Positions 51,118-60,925 of a DNA stretch of 64,000 nucleotides are shown here, one piece after another. Under the pieces are notes generated by a model, which was not told where the DNA came from, did not search any database, and worked only from the letters and a program-made list of their open reading frames with translations. Source of the DNA: Deltaproteobacteria bacterium (lineage in GTDB: Bacteria; Desulfobacterota; Binatia; UBA12015); the NCBI GenBank assembly GCA_046583355.1, contig JAYGCM010000034.1:11566-75565 (forward strand). Reading direction: 5' to 3'. Position numbers and translations under genes: made by a program. Numbering within the stretch: the first letter of the stretch is position 1; each line of letters opens with the position of its first letter.

Positions 51118-52650
51118 TCAATCGTAGATGCCATCCAGAAACCAAAGCGCGGCTCCCACCGGGGCGTCCAGGCGGCGGTAGATCCGCAGAAGCGCACCAT
51201 CGTCAAGGTGCACATTGAAATAATCCCGACGACAGGGATCTGCCTTCCACCACTCTGCCTCGATGCGCCACGGCCCGGCGCAAATCCGCACCTGCCCGCA
51301 GACCGAAGCGCTGCGGAGACCGACGGGACGGCCTTGTTGGGTCTCTACCCGAAGCGCCATGGGCGGACGCAACGCACGCGGGGCCGGAGGTCCGCCCCGC
51401 GGCAGGCGTGCCCCCACCTCGACCGCCGCCGCCGGCGGTGGCCGAAAAGGCGCCAAGCCGACAGCCTCCGGACGATGTCCGGGTGGCGCTACCGGCCGCC
51501 CCACCCGCTCCTCGCCGCAGATGGCCGCCAGGCGGGCGAGCATTCCAGCAAGTTGTGCCGGCGGGGGTCCGGCCGGCCGAAAAAGGTCCAATTGCTCGGG
51601 GCGCGCCTCACCGGCGTGGGCCACAAGCGCAACCGACTCGACCGCCGCGGTGGGCGGTGTCCCTTCCAGTGCCGAGCGCAGCAGACGCAGGAGGGTTTTG
51701 GCCTCGCGCGTGGGGGCCAGCACGCCGACCTTGCGCCGCTCCTCGCCGCCGCCGGCCAGCGCGAGTCGCAACTCCAGGCCGGCCACCGCAAGTGAGCGCA
51801 CCTCGAGCCGAGCGAGCAGGCGATCGAGTACCCCGCGGAGAAGGAAAAGAAGCGCTTCAAGAGATTCGACGCCCCATTCCATATCGATGCCCTCAACCAA
51901 CTCCAGGCCCGGCGCGCGCGGCCGCAATACCCGGCGCCCCTCCCCCCGTGCCGTCAGCCAGAGCCCGATGCCGGCACGACCCAGACGGGTGCCGACCTCT
52001 GCGCGCGCCACCTCGGCCAATGCGCCGATGGTGATAATGCCCACCTCCGCCAACCATTCCCCAACCTCGGGCGGTGGCCGCAAGGCCACCAACGGGCGCT
52101 GCGCGAGCCAAGCGCGATCGCCACCTGGGCAAACCAAAATAGCGGCGCCCCGGCGATGCGCGCCGAGTTCGGCGGCGACCTGCGCCGTTTCCATCCGGTC
52201 GGCGACGCCGAGGCCCGGCAAAAAACCCACCCGCGCCACGCGCGCCGACAGGGCCGCCGCGAGCCCACCTGCCGAGCCGACAAGACGCTCCAGACCGGAT
52301 GCATCCAGATAGACAAATTGCGTCGCGTCTTCTTCGAGATCCGGCAATTCCACATGCGGCGTGGTCGCCAAGGCGGCTTCCCAAAGAGCGTCCTGGGCGC
52401 CGCGCAACACGCCCGGGTCGATCGTACGCACGACCAGATCGGCATGGCGCGACAGAGCTTGCGCCAATGTCATCCCCGCCGCCGCGCCACGGCGCTCCGC
52501 CTCAAGCGAAAGAGCCAGGATCAAAGATTCGGGCGATGAGGATCGGCCCGCCGCGGTCAAAACGAGAGGCGTACCCCGCAACTCCGGCTCGGCCCGGTGC
52601 AACGCGGCCACCGGGAAACGGGGAATGCAGATACAGGCGTGGCGCGTCAC
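51118..52650 (-). CDS. imuB: ImuB-like inactive Y-family polymerase
   Basis: GMTLAQA, QLDLF clamp-binding motif, GPWRIEAEWW, RDYF, WFLDGIYD. GTG start overlaps the imuA stop. Confidence 0.9.
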   Translation of the reverse strand: MTRHACICIPRFPVAALHRAEPELRGTPLVLTAAGRSSSPESLILALSLEAERRGAAAGMTLAQALSRHADLVVRTIDPGVLRGAQDALWEAALATTPHVELPDLEEDATQFVYLDASGLERLVGSAGGLAAALSARVARVGFLPGLGVADRMETAQVAAELGAHRRGAAILVCPGGDRAWLAQRPLVALRPPPEVGEWLAEVGIITIGALAEVARAEVGTRLGRAGIGLWLTARGEGRRVLRPRAPGLELVEGIDMEWGVESLEALLFLLRGVLDRLLARLEVRSLAVAGLELRLALAGGGEERRKVGVLAPTREAKTLLRLLRSALEGTPPTAAVESVALVAHAGEARPEQLDLFRPAGPPPAQLAGMLARLAAICGEERVGRPVAPPGHRPEAVGLAPFRPPPAAAVEVGARLPRGGPPAPRALRPPMALRVETQQGRPVGLRSASVCGQVRICAGPWRIEAEWWKADPCRRDYFNVHLDDGALLRIYRRLDAPVGAALWFLDGIYD

Positions 52651-53345
52651 GGAAAGCGCGCTGCCAAAACCCGACCGATACCCGCCGGCGCACGATGAAT
52701 ATGAATATTGGCATCGAGCCCTTCCAGCAGGCGCGCCGCCGAAACCGACCACCGCGGGCGCCCCGTCTCCAGCGTAAGACGCACGGCCGCAGGAATGCCG
52801 CGCAGCGCGGGTGTGGCACCGGATAGAACCATCAGAGTGGAGCGCGTCTTTGCCGCCGCGCGACTCAGCCGCACCCAGGCCGATGCCGGCTGGCGACATC
52901 CCGTCTTGTCCTTGCCCCAGCGCGACGGACGCAGATCGAGAACCACCAGGGAGAACCCGCCGCCATGCAGCAGCACCTCGGCCGATTCAAAAGCCGCGCC
53001 TTCCTCCGGCGCCCGCACCCAAAGCAGGCGATACAGAGCCGTGCCGGCCCGCCGGCAATCGGCCGGATCGAAGGCATCGGCCCATTCTACCCAGGCCACC
53101 AACCGCGCCTCGCGGGTGATCCCGGCCACAAGACGAAAGGCGAGACTGGTGGTGCCACTGGAGAGGGTGCCGCCGATCTCACTGGCACGGCCGATCGGCA
53201 ATCCGCCGCCCAGGCAGGCATCCAACTCGGCCAGACCGGTCGGATGACAACGCTTCTCCAGCCGCGCGTTGCCCGCTTGCGCGGCCGAGCGGACCTCGCC
53301 GGGCAGGTTGCGCAGAAGAGTCCGCAGAGCAGGATTTGCCGGCAT
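52647..53345 (-). CDS. imuA: ImuA/RecA-like protein
   Basis: TGLAELDACLGGGLP, degenerate Walker A SSGTTS, DAFDP, RLLWVR, LVVLD. Confidence 0.88.
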   Translation of the reverse strand: MPANPALRTLLRNLPGEVRSAAQAGNARLEKRCHPTGLAELDACLGGGLPIGRASEIGGTLSSGTTSLAFRLVAGITREARLVAWVEWADAFDPADCRRAGTALYRLLWVRAPEEGAAFESAEVLLHGGGFSLVVLDLRPSRWGKDKTGCRQPASAWVRLSRAAAKTRSTLMVLSGATPALRGIPAAVRLTLETGRPRWSVSAARLLEGLDANIHIHRAPAGIGRVLAARFP

Positions 53346-53352
53346 AAATCAT

Positions 53353-53370
53353 ATTCGCCCTACGTTCGCC
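53353..53370. promoter_or_regulatory. Candidate LexA/SOS box (GAAC-N7-GAAT on the imuA strand)
   Basis: Plus strand attcgccctacgttcgcc, 8 nt upstream of the imuA start. Same 11-nt periodicity as GTTC-N7-GTTC boxes. Confidence 0.65.
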
Positions 53371-53455
53371 CGCGCGCAAGTCTCTCTGGAAGAAAAAGGA
53401 TTTCTTCGGGCCGAATTGCGAGCACGAACAACAAATGGTACCCAAACGCGCGCAA

Positions 53456-53528
53456 TCCCCGGTAGCTCAGTTGGTAGAGCAGTCGGCTGTTAACCGACTT
53501 GTCACTGGTTCGAGTCCAGTCCGGGGAG
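53456..53528 (+). tRNA. tRNA-Asn(GTT), CCA not encoded
   Basis: Acceptor TCCCCGG/CCGGGGA, D arm GCTC/GAGC, anticodon arm GTCGG-CTGTTAA-CCGAC, T arm ACTGG-TTCGAGT-CCAGT. Followed by CCT. Confidence 0.98.
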
Positions 53529-53535
53529 CCTCATG

Positions 53536-53571
53536 GAAGCCCCAGGCGAAAGCCTGGGGCTTTCTCGTTTT
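53536..53571 (+). terminator. Rho-independent terminator after tRNA-Asn
   Basis: AAGCCCCAGGC-GAAA-GCCTGGGGCTT followed by a T-rich tract. Confidence 0.9.
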
Positions 53572-53620
53572 CAGGCCCCGTAGAAAGCCTTGCTGGAGAG
53601 GCAAGCGATACGAAATGGGG

Positions 53621-54559
53621 TCAATCGGCTCCTGAGACCCAGCCTGCAGCCGGCGCACCCGCGAGGATCCAGGCCTCCACCAGCTTGCGCAGATGCGCGG
53701 GCAGACGGCTCTCGCCCGAAGGCATGCGTGCACCGAAGCCCGGCGCCAGACCGCCGGCCAGTTTCCGCCACAAGAAGCTGGCGCCGGGATCGCTCGGTGT
53801 GACGTAGAGCAGGCCGGCGGCCGCTGCGCTGCCGTTACTCGGCAGGCCGCCGACCAACGAGGAATAGGCCGCCCCTCGCTCCAAGAGCAGCCCGCCGGCC
53901 ATCGATTCCGAGTCGTGGCAGGCGCCGGTGGCGCAGCGCTGGTCGAAGATCTGTTGCTGGATGCGGTCGAAGGTACCGGCGAAGAAAAGCTCGGCGTCAC
54001 AGCCCTGCGCTGCCGGGCGGCAGACCAAATGGAGGCGGTCGCGGTCGCGTAGCTGGCGCCCCTGGGTGAATACCGAGCGGGCATCCAGACGAATCGTCTT
54101 GCGGCCGGCGCGGCACGAACCCGCCCGGCGCGGCCCGTCCACCGGCACGCGGAAGAGGGACAACGCCGTGCAGACATCCTCGGCGTGTTCCGGGAAATCG
54201 GCCTTCGCATCGATACGCGCCTGGAGCGCCTGGAAATCGGGATCGAAGAGGCTATCGCCGTCATCTGCGGCATGTTCGACCGTCAACCAGGCCACTCCGG
54301 GCGAGCTACAGCGACCAAGCCCCGATGCATTGAGACAGACGCCAAGCGCGATCGAGCAAATGCCGTCGACCTCGCCGTCTTCGTCACAACTCGGGTCGCC
54401 GTCGGTGCAGATCAGGCGGCGGCCGCGCAGCCGCGCGCCAGGAAGTGTCTGGAAGACGCTCAGACAATCACTCTGCCGCAATCCGCCACCCGCGACCGTG
54501 TCGGCCCGGGCCTGCGTCTGCGGCGCAAGCAAAAAGGCCAGCACCACCGCAAGCACCAT
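53621..54559 (-). CDS. Secreted Cys-rich protein with C-terminal cytochrome c-like domain
   Basis: Signal-like VLAVVLAFLLAPQTQARA, CTDGDPSCDEDG, CATGACH (CxxxxCH), GARMP. Start uncertain; ORF open to 54805. Confidence 0.75.
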   Translation of the reverse strand: MVLAVVLAFLLAPQTQARADTVAGGGLRQSDCLSVFQTLPGARLRGRRLICTDGDPSCDEDGEVDGICSIALGVCLNASGLGRCSSPGVAWLTVEHAADDGDSLFDPDFQALQARIDAKADFPEHAEDVCTALSLFRVPVDGPRRAGSCRAGRKTIRLDARSVFTQGRQLRDRDRLHLVCRPAAQGCDAELFFAGTFDRIQQQIFDQRCATGACHDSESMAGGLLLERGAAYSSLVGGLPSNGSAAAAGLLYVTPSDPGASFLWRKLAGGLAPGFGARMPSGESRLPAHLRKLVEAWILAGAPAAGWVSGAD

Positions 54560-54869
54560 ACGCCGGGCGCAGGCCACCCCGGAGGGCGCGCCACGCGAAC
54601 CAGGCGAACCACGACGAACGAATCCCCTGCCTTGCCTCCCCACGAGTTCCTGTGACGGAGCGAGCATAAGGCAATTCGTCAGAGAGTGAGCAATCCGCCG
54701 AGGAGGGTGCCGAGCAGAGCCACCAGGACCATGAGGTCCGAGAGGCGCAACTGGCTGCTGCTTTTGGTTTCGCGCATGCGGGGGGGGCGGCAGCGCAAGC
54801 GCCACCGCCTATGAGACATCGCAGATGCGGCACCGATTGCGCAAGAGACAATCTTGCCCGGATGCGGTT

Positions 54870-55292
54870 TTACTCAGCAAGCGGCGCCGCGTGCACGATG
54901 CTGCCCCGGCTCACAGTCACTTTTCCGGGCGCCAGGCCACGCGGTTTTCTCACGTCCGAGCGCCGCGCGAGGTGAACGGCGACGCGGCCACCGTCCTTTG
55001 CCTTGGAGTGGCGCGCGGCCACTGCGGCGGCGAATTTGGCGGTATCACGCGGCAGACGAGCCAGCCCCTCGGGGTTGCGCACGATCACATGCGAGCCCGA
55101 GTCGCCCGAGATATGCAGCCAGAAATCCTTCGCGGAGCCGAGTTTGAAGGTCAGCGTGTCGTTGTCGCGCGCGGTGCGCCCCGCCAGCACGATCAGCCCA
55201 TCTGGCGAGACGTAGCGCCGCGCGATCTTCTGGCCCCGGTAGATGCCCTGATCGGCGTCGGTCAGTGGCTCAGTTTGATCCTTGCGGCCCAT
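54870..55292 (-). CDS. NFACT RNA-binding domain (DUF814) protein
   Basis: GRTARDNDTLT, DFWLH, GSHV, AARHSK, VRKPRG. Confidence 0.9.
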   Translation of the reverse strand: MGRKDQTEPLTDADQGIYRGQKIARRYVSPDGLIVLAGRTARDNDTLTFKLGSAKDFWLHISGDSGSHVIVRNPEGLARLPRDTAKFAAAVAARHSKAKDGGRVAVHLARRSDVRKPRGLAPGKVTVSRGSIVHAAPLAE

Positions 55293-55307
55293 CGCGCGCC
55301 AAGCCCC

Positions 55308-56309
55308 TCAGATCCGCAGCGCGAAATGAGATGCGCCAAGAAGGGCGGTTTTGGGGTTCAGAGCCACACGCACATGCAAGCCCTCCATGAAGGATTGGAA
55401 CCGCCCCTTGGCGGTGAAGCCGCGCAGGAAACTCGTGCCGTGGAGGAAGACGAGATTCTTCGGCGCGATGCCGCCGCCGACGAAGACGCCGCCATGGGTG
55501 AGGCCACGTAGAGCCATATTGCCTGCCTCGGCTCCATAGAGTTCAAAGAACAACTCCATCACGGCCACTGCGAGCGGATCTTTTTCTTCCTGTGCCGCGC
55601 GCGAAATCGCCGCGGCGGGATCCCCGCCGGCCATCGTCGCCGCCAGCGCGGCAGGCTCCTGACCACGTCCCGAATCCAGCAGAAAATCATAGATGGCATG
55701 GACGCCGGCGCCCGAGAGAATTCGCTCCGAACTCACGTGCCCTCCGAGCCGGTCGCGCAACCAGGCAAGCAACTCCATCTCGAGGTCCGTGCGCGGCGCG
55801 AAATCGGCATGGCCGCCTTCGCTGGCCATCGGATGATGGTCCCTACCGTCCCAATAAAGATAGGCCTCGCCCAGGCCGGTCCCGGCGGCGATGACGGCCA
55901 CGTGACCGCCTGCCCCGGCACGAATGCCCGCCTGGAGCGTTACGACCTCGGCGGCGGGGAGATGCAGCATACCGAAGGCGGTCGCCTCGAGATCGTTCAG
56001 CAGACGCGTCGGGGTGCCGCCGAGGCGCTCGCGCAGGGAACTCTCCACCAGAAACCACGGCAGGTTGGTCGGGCGACACTCGCCGTCCACCACCGGACCG
56101 GCGACGTCGAAACAGGCGGCCCGCAACCGCGGCACCCCGGCCGCCAGGAACTTTCCCAGAATCTCGTCGAAGCTCGCATAATCGCCGCTGACGAACTTCT
56201 CCTCGCGCTCACAAACAAGCCGTTCTCCATCGACACGATAGAGCGCCAGAATTGTCTTGGTGCCGCCGATATCGCCGGCGAGAATCGTGTCATACGACGC
56301 GTCGGGCAT
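55308..56309 (-). CDS. glk: Glucokinase
   Basis: LAGDIGGTK, TNLPW, LLNDLEA, AAGTGLG, SEGGH, GGGIAPK. Confidence 0.96.
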   Translation of the reverse strand: MPDASYDTILAGDIGGTKTILALYRVDGERLVCEREEKFVSGDYASFDEILGKFLAAGVPRLRAACFDVAGPVVDGECRPTNLPWFLVESSLRERLGGTPTRLLNDLEATAFGMLHLPAAEVVTLQAGIRAGAGGHVAVIAAGTGLGEAYLYWDGRDHHPMASEGGHADFAPRTDLEMELLAWLRDRLGGHVSSERILSGAGVHAIYDFLLDSGRGQEPAALAATMAGGDPAAAISRAAQEEKDPLAVAVMELFFELYGAEAGNMALRGLTHGGVFVGGGIAPKNLVFLHGTSFLRGFTAKGRFQSFMEGLHVRVALNPKTALLGASHFALRI

Positions 56310-57853
56310 CAGAGTTTGCGCCAACGCCGCTGGTAGCCGCTGATCATCCGATCGGCCTCAACAGGCCCCCATGAGCCAGCCGAATATTCCGGTAGCCAGC
56401 GCTGGCCGGACGCCTCCCACCCCTCCAGGATGCCCGATATCCAAGCCCACGAAGCCTCCACGGCATCGCGCCGCATGAAGAGCGTGGCATCGCCGACGAC
56501 AACATCCAGGAGCAGACGCTCGTAGGCTTCGGGTGATTGCTCATCGAATGAACTTTCGTATTGAAAGTTCAGGCGCACGGGGGAAATCGCGACGCGCAGG
56601 CCGGGCGATTTCGTCGCGATGGTAAGCGACATGCCCTCATCGGGCTGGATCCGCATCGCCAGTACATTGGGTTCGAGATCTGCGCCGCCCGCATTGAAAA
56701 GCACCGGCGGCACCGCCTTGAATTGGATCGCGATTTCGCTGGCGCGCGCGGGCAGACGTTTGCCCGTGCGCAGATAGAAAGGGACTCCCGACCAGCGCCA
56801 ATTATCGATATGGGCCTCGATGGCAACATAGGTCTCGGTTGTGGAATCCGGCGCAACGCGGTCTTCGCGGCGATAGCCCGGAACATCTTGGCCGCCGGGC
56901 GAACCGGCACCATATTGTGCCCGCACGACCTGCTTGCCGACCTCGGCCACGCCAATCGGCCGCAGGCAGTTCAGGACTTCCATCTTATGGTCGCGCACGA
57001 CCTCGGCGGCCATCGCCCAGGGGGGCTCCATGGCGGTCAGGCAAAGCACCTGCAGGATATGATTCTGTACCATATCGCGCAGCGCGCCGGCTTCTTCATA
57101 ATAGCCCGCCCGCGTACCGACACCCTCTTCTTCGGCAACCGTGATCTGCACATGGTCGATGTATTTCTGGTTCCACAGCGGCTCGAAAATGGCATTGCCG
57201 AAACGCGTCACCAGAATGCTTTGTACGGTTTCCTTGCCGAGATAATGGTCGATCCGGAAGATCTGCTCTTCAGCGAAAACGGTAGCGACCTTATCGTTGA
57301 TCACGCGCGCGCTCTCAAGATCGTGCCCGATCGGCTTCTCGATGATGATCCGCGTCGTCGGCCCCTCCGAGACGGGCGGCGCAATCAGACCAGCACCCGC
57401 AAGACCGTCCACGCACATTTCAATCGCGCTCGGTGGGATCGAGAGGTAGAAGATGCGGTTCGCGGGCATCGCGCGTGCCTTCTCCAATGCCTCGAGTCGA
57501 ACGCCAAGCGCCGCGAAGGCCTCCGGCTCATCGAAGCTGCCCTTGACATAGTGAATATTCTCAAGGAAAGCGTCCCAGCGTTGCCGGTCGATGCCGCGAC
57601 GACCGTATTGCTCGATACTCTTCTCGGCGACCTCACGAAAAGACTCGTCATCCATCTCACGGCGGGCGAAGCCGACAATCGAGTATTTCTCCGGCAGCAG
57701 TCCGTCGAGCCACAGATTATAAAGGGCTGGAAGAAGCTTGCGCCGGTTCAGGTCCCCAGCCGCGCCCAGTACGACGATAGAGGTTGGCGCGAGTTCCAAA
57801 TCCCCGACATCCCGCGCCCGTCCACTGGTAGAACCAACCATGTCCAACGGCAT
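56309..57853 (-). CDS. zwf: Glucose-6-phosphate 1-dehydrogenase
   Basis: RIDHYLGKETVQ, RDMVQNH, NWRWSGVPFYLRTGK. Confidence 0.99.
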   Translation of the reverse strand: MPLDMVGSTSGRARDVGDLELAPTSIVVLGAAGDLNRRKLLPALYNLWLDGLLPEKYSIVGFARREMDDESFREVAEKSIEQYGRRGIDRQRWDAFLENIHYVKGSFDEPEAFAALGVRLEALEKARAMPANRIFYLSIPPSAIEMCVDGLAGAGLIAPPVSEGPTTRIIIEKPIGHDLESARVINDKVATVFAEEQIFRIDHYLGKETVQSILVTRFGNAIFEPLWNQKYIDHVQITVAEEEGVGTRAGYYEEAGALRDMVQNHILQVLCLTAMEPPWAMAAEVVRDHKMEVLNCLRPIGVAEVGKQVVRAQYGAGSPGGQDVPGYRREDRVAPDSTTETYVAIEAHIDNWRWSGVPFYLRTGKRLPARASEIAIQFKAVPPVLFNAGGADLEPNVLAMRIQPDEGMSLTIATKSPGLRVAISPVRLNFQYESSFDEQSPEAYERLLLDVVVGDATLFMRRDAVEASWAWISGILEGWEASGQRWLPEYSAGSWGPVEADRMISGYQRRWRKL

Positions 57854-57856
57854 CCC

Positions 57857-58873
57857 TCAGCCGTCCGCCGGCTTCTCGATATGGCCGCCGAATTGGAAAC
57901 GCATCGCCGAGCAGACCTTCTCGGCGAAGGTATGGTCCTGGCGGGAACGGAAACGCGCGAAAAGAGCCGCGCTCAGTACATCGACCGGCACCGCGGCATC
58001 GACCGCTGTCTGAATCGTCCAACGCCCTTCGCCCGAATCGGCGACATGGCCGGAATAGCCCTCAAGCTTCGGGTCACCGGCCAGCGCGATGGCCGCCAGG
58101 TCGAGAAGCCAGGAGCCGACCACGCTGCCGCGGCGCCAGACCTCGGCCACATCGGCGACGTTGATATCGTAGTCGAGATCCCCGTGCATCGAAGGTGCCG
58201 TCTCGGCGTCGTGTTCGCGCGCATGGGTATCCGCGTCGGCATGCGAAAGAAGGTCGAAGCCCTCGGCAAAGGCCGCCATCATGCCGTATTCGATGCCGTT
58301 GTGGACCATCTTCACGAAATGACCAGCGCCGGCCGGGCCGCAATGCAGGTAGCCGTCTTCGGCCGTGCCGCCGAGCGCCTCGCGGCCCGCGGTGCGATCG
58401 ATATCACCGCGCCCGGGCGCGATGGTCCGGAAGATCGGATCGAGATGCGCCACGGCTTCGGTATCCCCACCGATCATCAGGCAATAGCCGCGCTCCAGGC
58501 CCCAGACGCCGCCACTTGTGCCGCAATCCAGGTAGCGGATGCCTTGCGGTTTGAGCTTCGCGGCGCGCGCACGGTCGTCGCGGAAATAGGAGTTGCCTCC
58601 GTCAATCAGAATATCGCCCGACTCCATGAACTCGGCCACTTCGTCAACAACCTGGCCCGTCACGCCGGCCGGCACCATCACCCAGGCCGCGCGTGGGGTC
58701 GTAAGCGCGGCGCAGAACTCTGCCAAAGTGGCGGCGCCGGTAGCGCCTTCGGCAACCAATTCCGCAGTCGCGTCGGCGTTGGGGTCGTAGACGACGCATT
58801 CGTGTCCGTCACGCATAAGACGCCGAACGAGGTTTGCCCCCATCCGACCCAGTCCAATCATTCCCAATTGCAT
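57857..58873 (-). CDS. gnd: 6-phosphogluconate dehydrogenase (short type)
   Basis: [42 protein letters not shown]. Confidence 0.97.
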   Translation of the reverse strand: MQLGMIGLGRMGANLVRRLMRDGHECVVYDPNADATAELVAEGATGAATLAEFCAALTTPRAAWVMVPAGVTGQVVDEVAEFMESGDILIDGGNSYFRDDRARAAKLKPQGIRYLDCGTSGGVWGLERGYCLMIGGDTEAVAHLDPIFRTIAPGRGDIDRTAGREALGGTAEDGYLHCGPAGAGHFVKMVHNGIEYGMMAAFAEGFDLLSHADADTHAREHDAETAPSMHGDLDYDINVADVAEVWRRGSVVGSWLLDLAAIALAGDPKLEGYSGHVADSGEGRWTIQTAVDAAVPVDVLSAALFARFRSRQDHTFAEKVCSAMRFQFGGHIEKPADG

Positions 58874-58886
58874 TATTGTCTCCTCG

Positions 58887-59564
58887 TCATGAATAAACCT
58901 TGACCTGGTCGCCATCCTGACAAAGCACCGCATCTGCCATGCCGAGGAAGAGCCCCGTGCCCACGACGCCGGGAATGGCGAGGATCTGCGCTTCAAGCGC
59001 CTCGGCATCCACGATCGGCGCAACCGCACAATCGAGGATGAAATTTCCGTTGTCCGTCAGATAGGGACCGATCTCGCCTTGGCGGATGCTTGGCGCACAC
59101 TGCATCTCCTGGAGCCGGTGCTCGCAGAGCACCCGCCCGAAGGGCACGATCTCGACCGGCAATTTGCCGCGTTCGCCCAAGCGTTCGACCTTTTTCTCAG
59201 CCCCGACCAGAATCACCAGCTTGCCCGAGGAAGCCGCGACGATTTTTTCGCGCACCAACGCCCCACCCCAGCCCTTCACCAGATCACGTCCCGGCGTGAA
59301 CTCATCGGCACCGTCAAAGGTCGTGTCCAACCGGCCGGCCTCGGCCAGCGTCAGCAGCGGGATCTTCATCTCCAACGCGAGTGCCTCGGTTACATCCGAG
59401 GTCGGAACGCCGCGCACTGCAAGCCCTTGGCGAACCCGCCCGCCCAATGCGCGGACAAATTGCGCGGCCGCACGCCCGGTGCCCAGCCCGATCGTCTGCC
59501 CGGACTCGACCCACTCCAGCGCCTTCTGCGCGATCGGTTCCAGATTTGGTCCCGCATCACTCAT
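58887..59564 (-). CDS. rpiA: Ribose-5-phosphate isomerase A
   Basis: [30 protein letters not shown]. Confidence 0.97.
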   Translation of the reverse strand: MSDAGPNLEPIAQKALEWVESGQTIGLGTGRAAAQFVRALGGRVRQGLAVRGVPTSDVTEALALEMKIPLLTLAEAGRLDTTFDGADEFTPGRDLVKGWGGALVREKIVAASSGKLVILVGAEKKVERLGERGKLPVEIVPFGRVLCEHRLQEMQCAPSIRQGEIGPYLTDNGNFILDCAVAPIVDAEALEAQILAIPGVVGTGLFLGMADAVLCQDGDQVKVYS

Positions 59565-59616
59565 GCTTCATTCCCTTCCGCCATCCGTCGCAAATGCAAT
59601 CCAGTCAGACTGGCTA

Positions 59617-60765
59617 TCATGCGGCCAGAAGAGCAGCGCGCTTTTCCCCGACGGATTCCAGCAGGCCGCCGAAGGCATCCGAGAATTGCCGGACGCCGTC
59701 TTCGAGCAGCGCATCGGTCACCTGATCCATCGAGACACCGACCTCGGCCAAGGTCGCCATCACCTGGGTGGCATCGGCCAGCTTGGCCTCCCAATCGGTC
59801 TGCAGGGTCGGCCCCGGCTGACCCTCCTCGCGGTAGGCATCAAAGGTTGCGGTAGGAATTGTATTGACGGTATCCACGCCTATCAGCTCTTCGACATATT
59901 TGAGCTTCGGGTAGGCCGGATTCTTCGTGCTGGTACTCGCCCACAGGATACGCTGGGTGGTCGCACCTTGCGCGGCCAGAGCCTTCCAGCGCTCGCTGGC
60001 GACGGTATCCAGATAGCGAGCGTAGGCGACCAGACCATTGGCGACGGCCACGCGGCCCTGCAGGCTTTCCATGGTGCGGCGGCGCAGCGCGTCTTTCTCG
60101 TCCGCCAGCAGCCCGTCGAGGCCGTTGTCGACAGCACTATCGATGCGGCTGATGAAGAAGCTCGCCACGCTGGCGATCTTCGACAGGTCATGGCCGGCCT
60201 TCGCGGCATCTTCGAGACCGTCCAAATAAGCCTGCGCGCAAGCCTCGTAGGCCGCCACCGAGAAAAGAAGCGTGACATTAACGCTGATGCCCTCGCCGAT
60301 CAGAGTACGGATGGCGGGCATGCCCTCGGGCGTCGCAGGAACCTTGATGAGAATATTTTCGCGACCGATCTGGGCGTGCACCCGCCGGGCGTATTCCACC
60401 GTGCCCTTGGCGTCGGCCGCCAGGTAGGGCGAGACCTCAAAACTCACATAGCCGTCACGCCCGCCGGTCTTCACAAAGACGGGATGGAGAATATCAGCAG
60501 CCATCTGAATATCTTTGATGGCGAGGCCCTCATAGAGAGCCATCGGCTCGGAGACGCCTTGGTCGACCAGGGCTCGCAAGTCGCCGTCGTAGTCGTCGCT
60601 ACCGACCACGGCCTTCTCGAAAATAGATGGATTCGAGGTCACGCCGAGCAAACCGTCGTTGTCGACCATGGCCTTCAGCTCGCCTGAGGTCAGGATTCCG
60701 CGGCGGATATTGTCGTACCAGATACTTTGGCCGTACTTGTGGACCTCGATCAGCGGATTACTCAT
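59617..60765 (-). CDS. tal: Transaldolase (large type)
   Basis: GQSIWYD, GVTSNPSIF, IKVPAT, NVTLLF, ASFFISR, LWAST. Confidence 0.97.
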   Translation of the reverse strand: MSNPLIEVHKYGQSIWYDNIRRGILTSGELKAMVDNDGLLGVTSNPSIFEKAVVGSDDYDGDLRALVDQGVSEPMALYEGLAIKDIQMAADILHPVFVKTGGRDGYVSFEVSPYLAADAKGTVEYARRVHAQIGRENILIKVPATPEGMPAIRTLIGEGISVNVTLLFSVAAYEACAQAYLDGLEDAAKAGHDLSKIASVASFFISRIDSAVDNGLDGLLADEKDALRRRTMESLQGRVAVANGLVAYARYLDTVASERWKALAAQGATTQRILWASTSTKNPAYPKLKYVEELIGVDTVNTIPTATFDAYREEGQPGPTLQTDWEAKLADATQVMATLAEVGVSMDQVTDALLEDGVRQFSDAFGGLLESVGEKRAALLAA

Positions 60766-60925
60766 TACCTACCCCTGCACGCTCGGCGTGCGATTATGCT
60801 TGTTGGACGGCCGCTGTTGAGATTTCATAAGCGAAATTCCACGGCCCGAATCTATGGCTCTCAGGTATGCAGCGACAATTCAACCTTGAGAACCCGCTCG
60901 GCCCCTTGAGGCGAAGGACGAGATC

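Noticed and set aside
53456..53620. tRNA-Asn as an integration site
   Set aside because: No integrase, no duplicated tRNA 3' end seen, and the native terminator directly follows.
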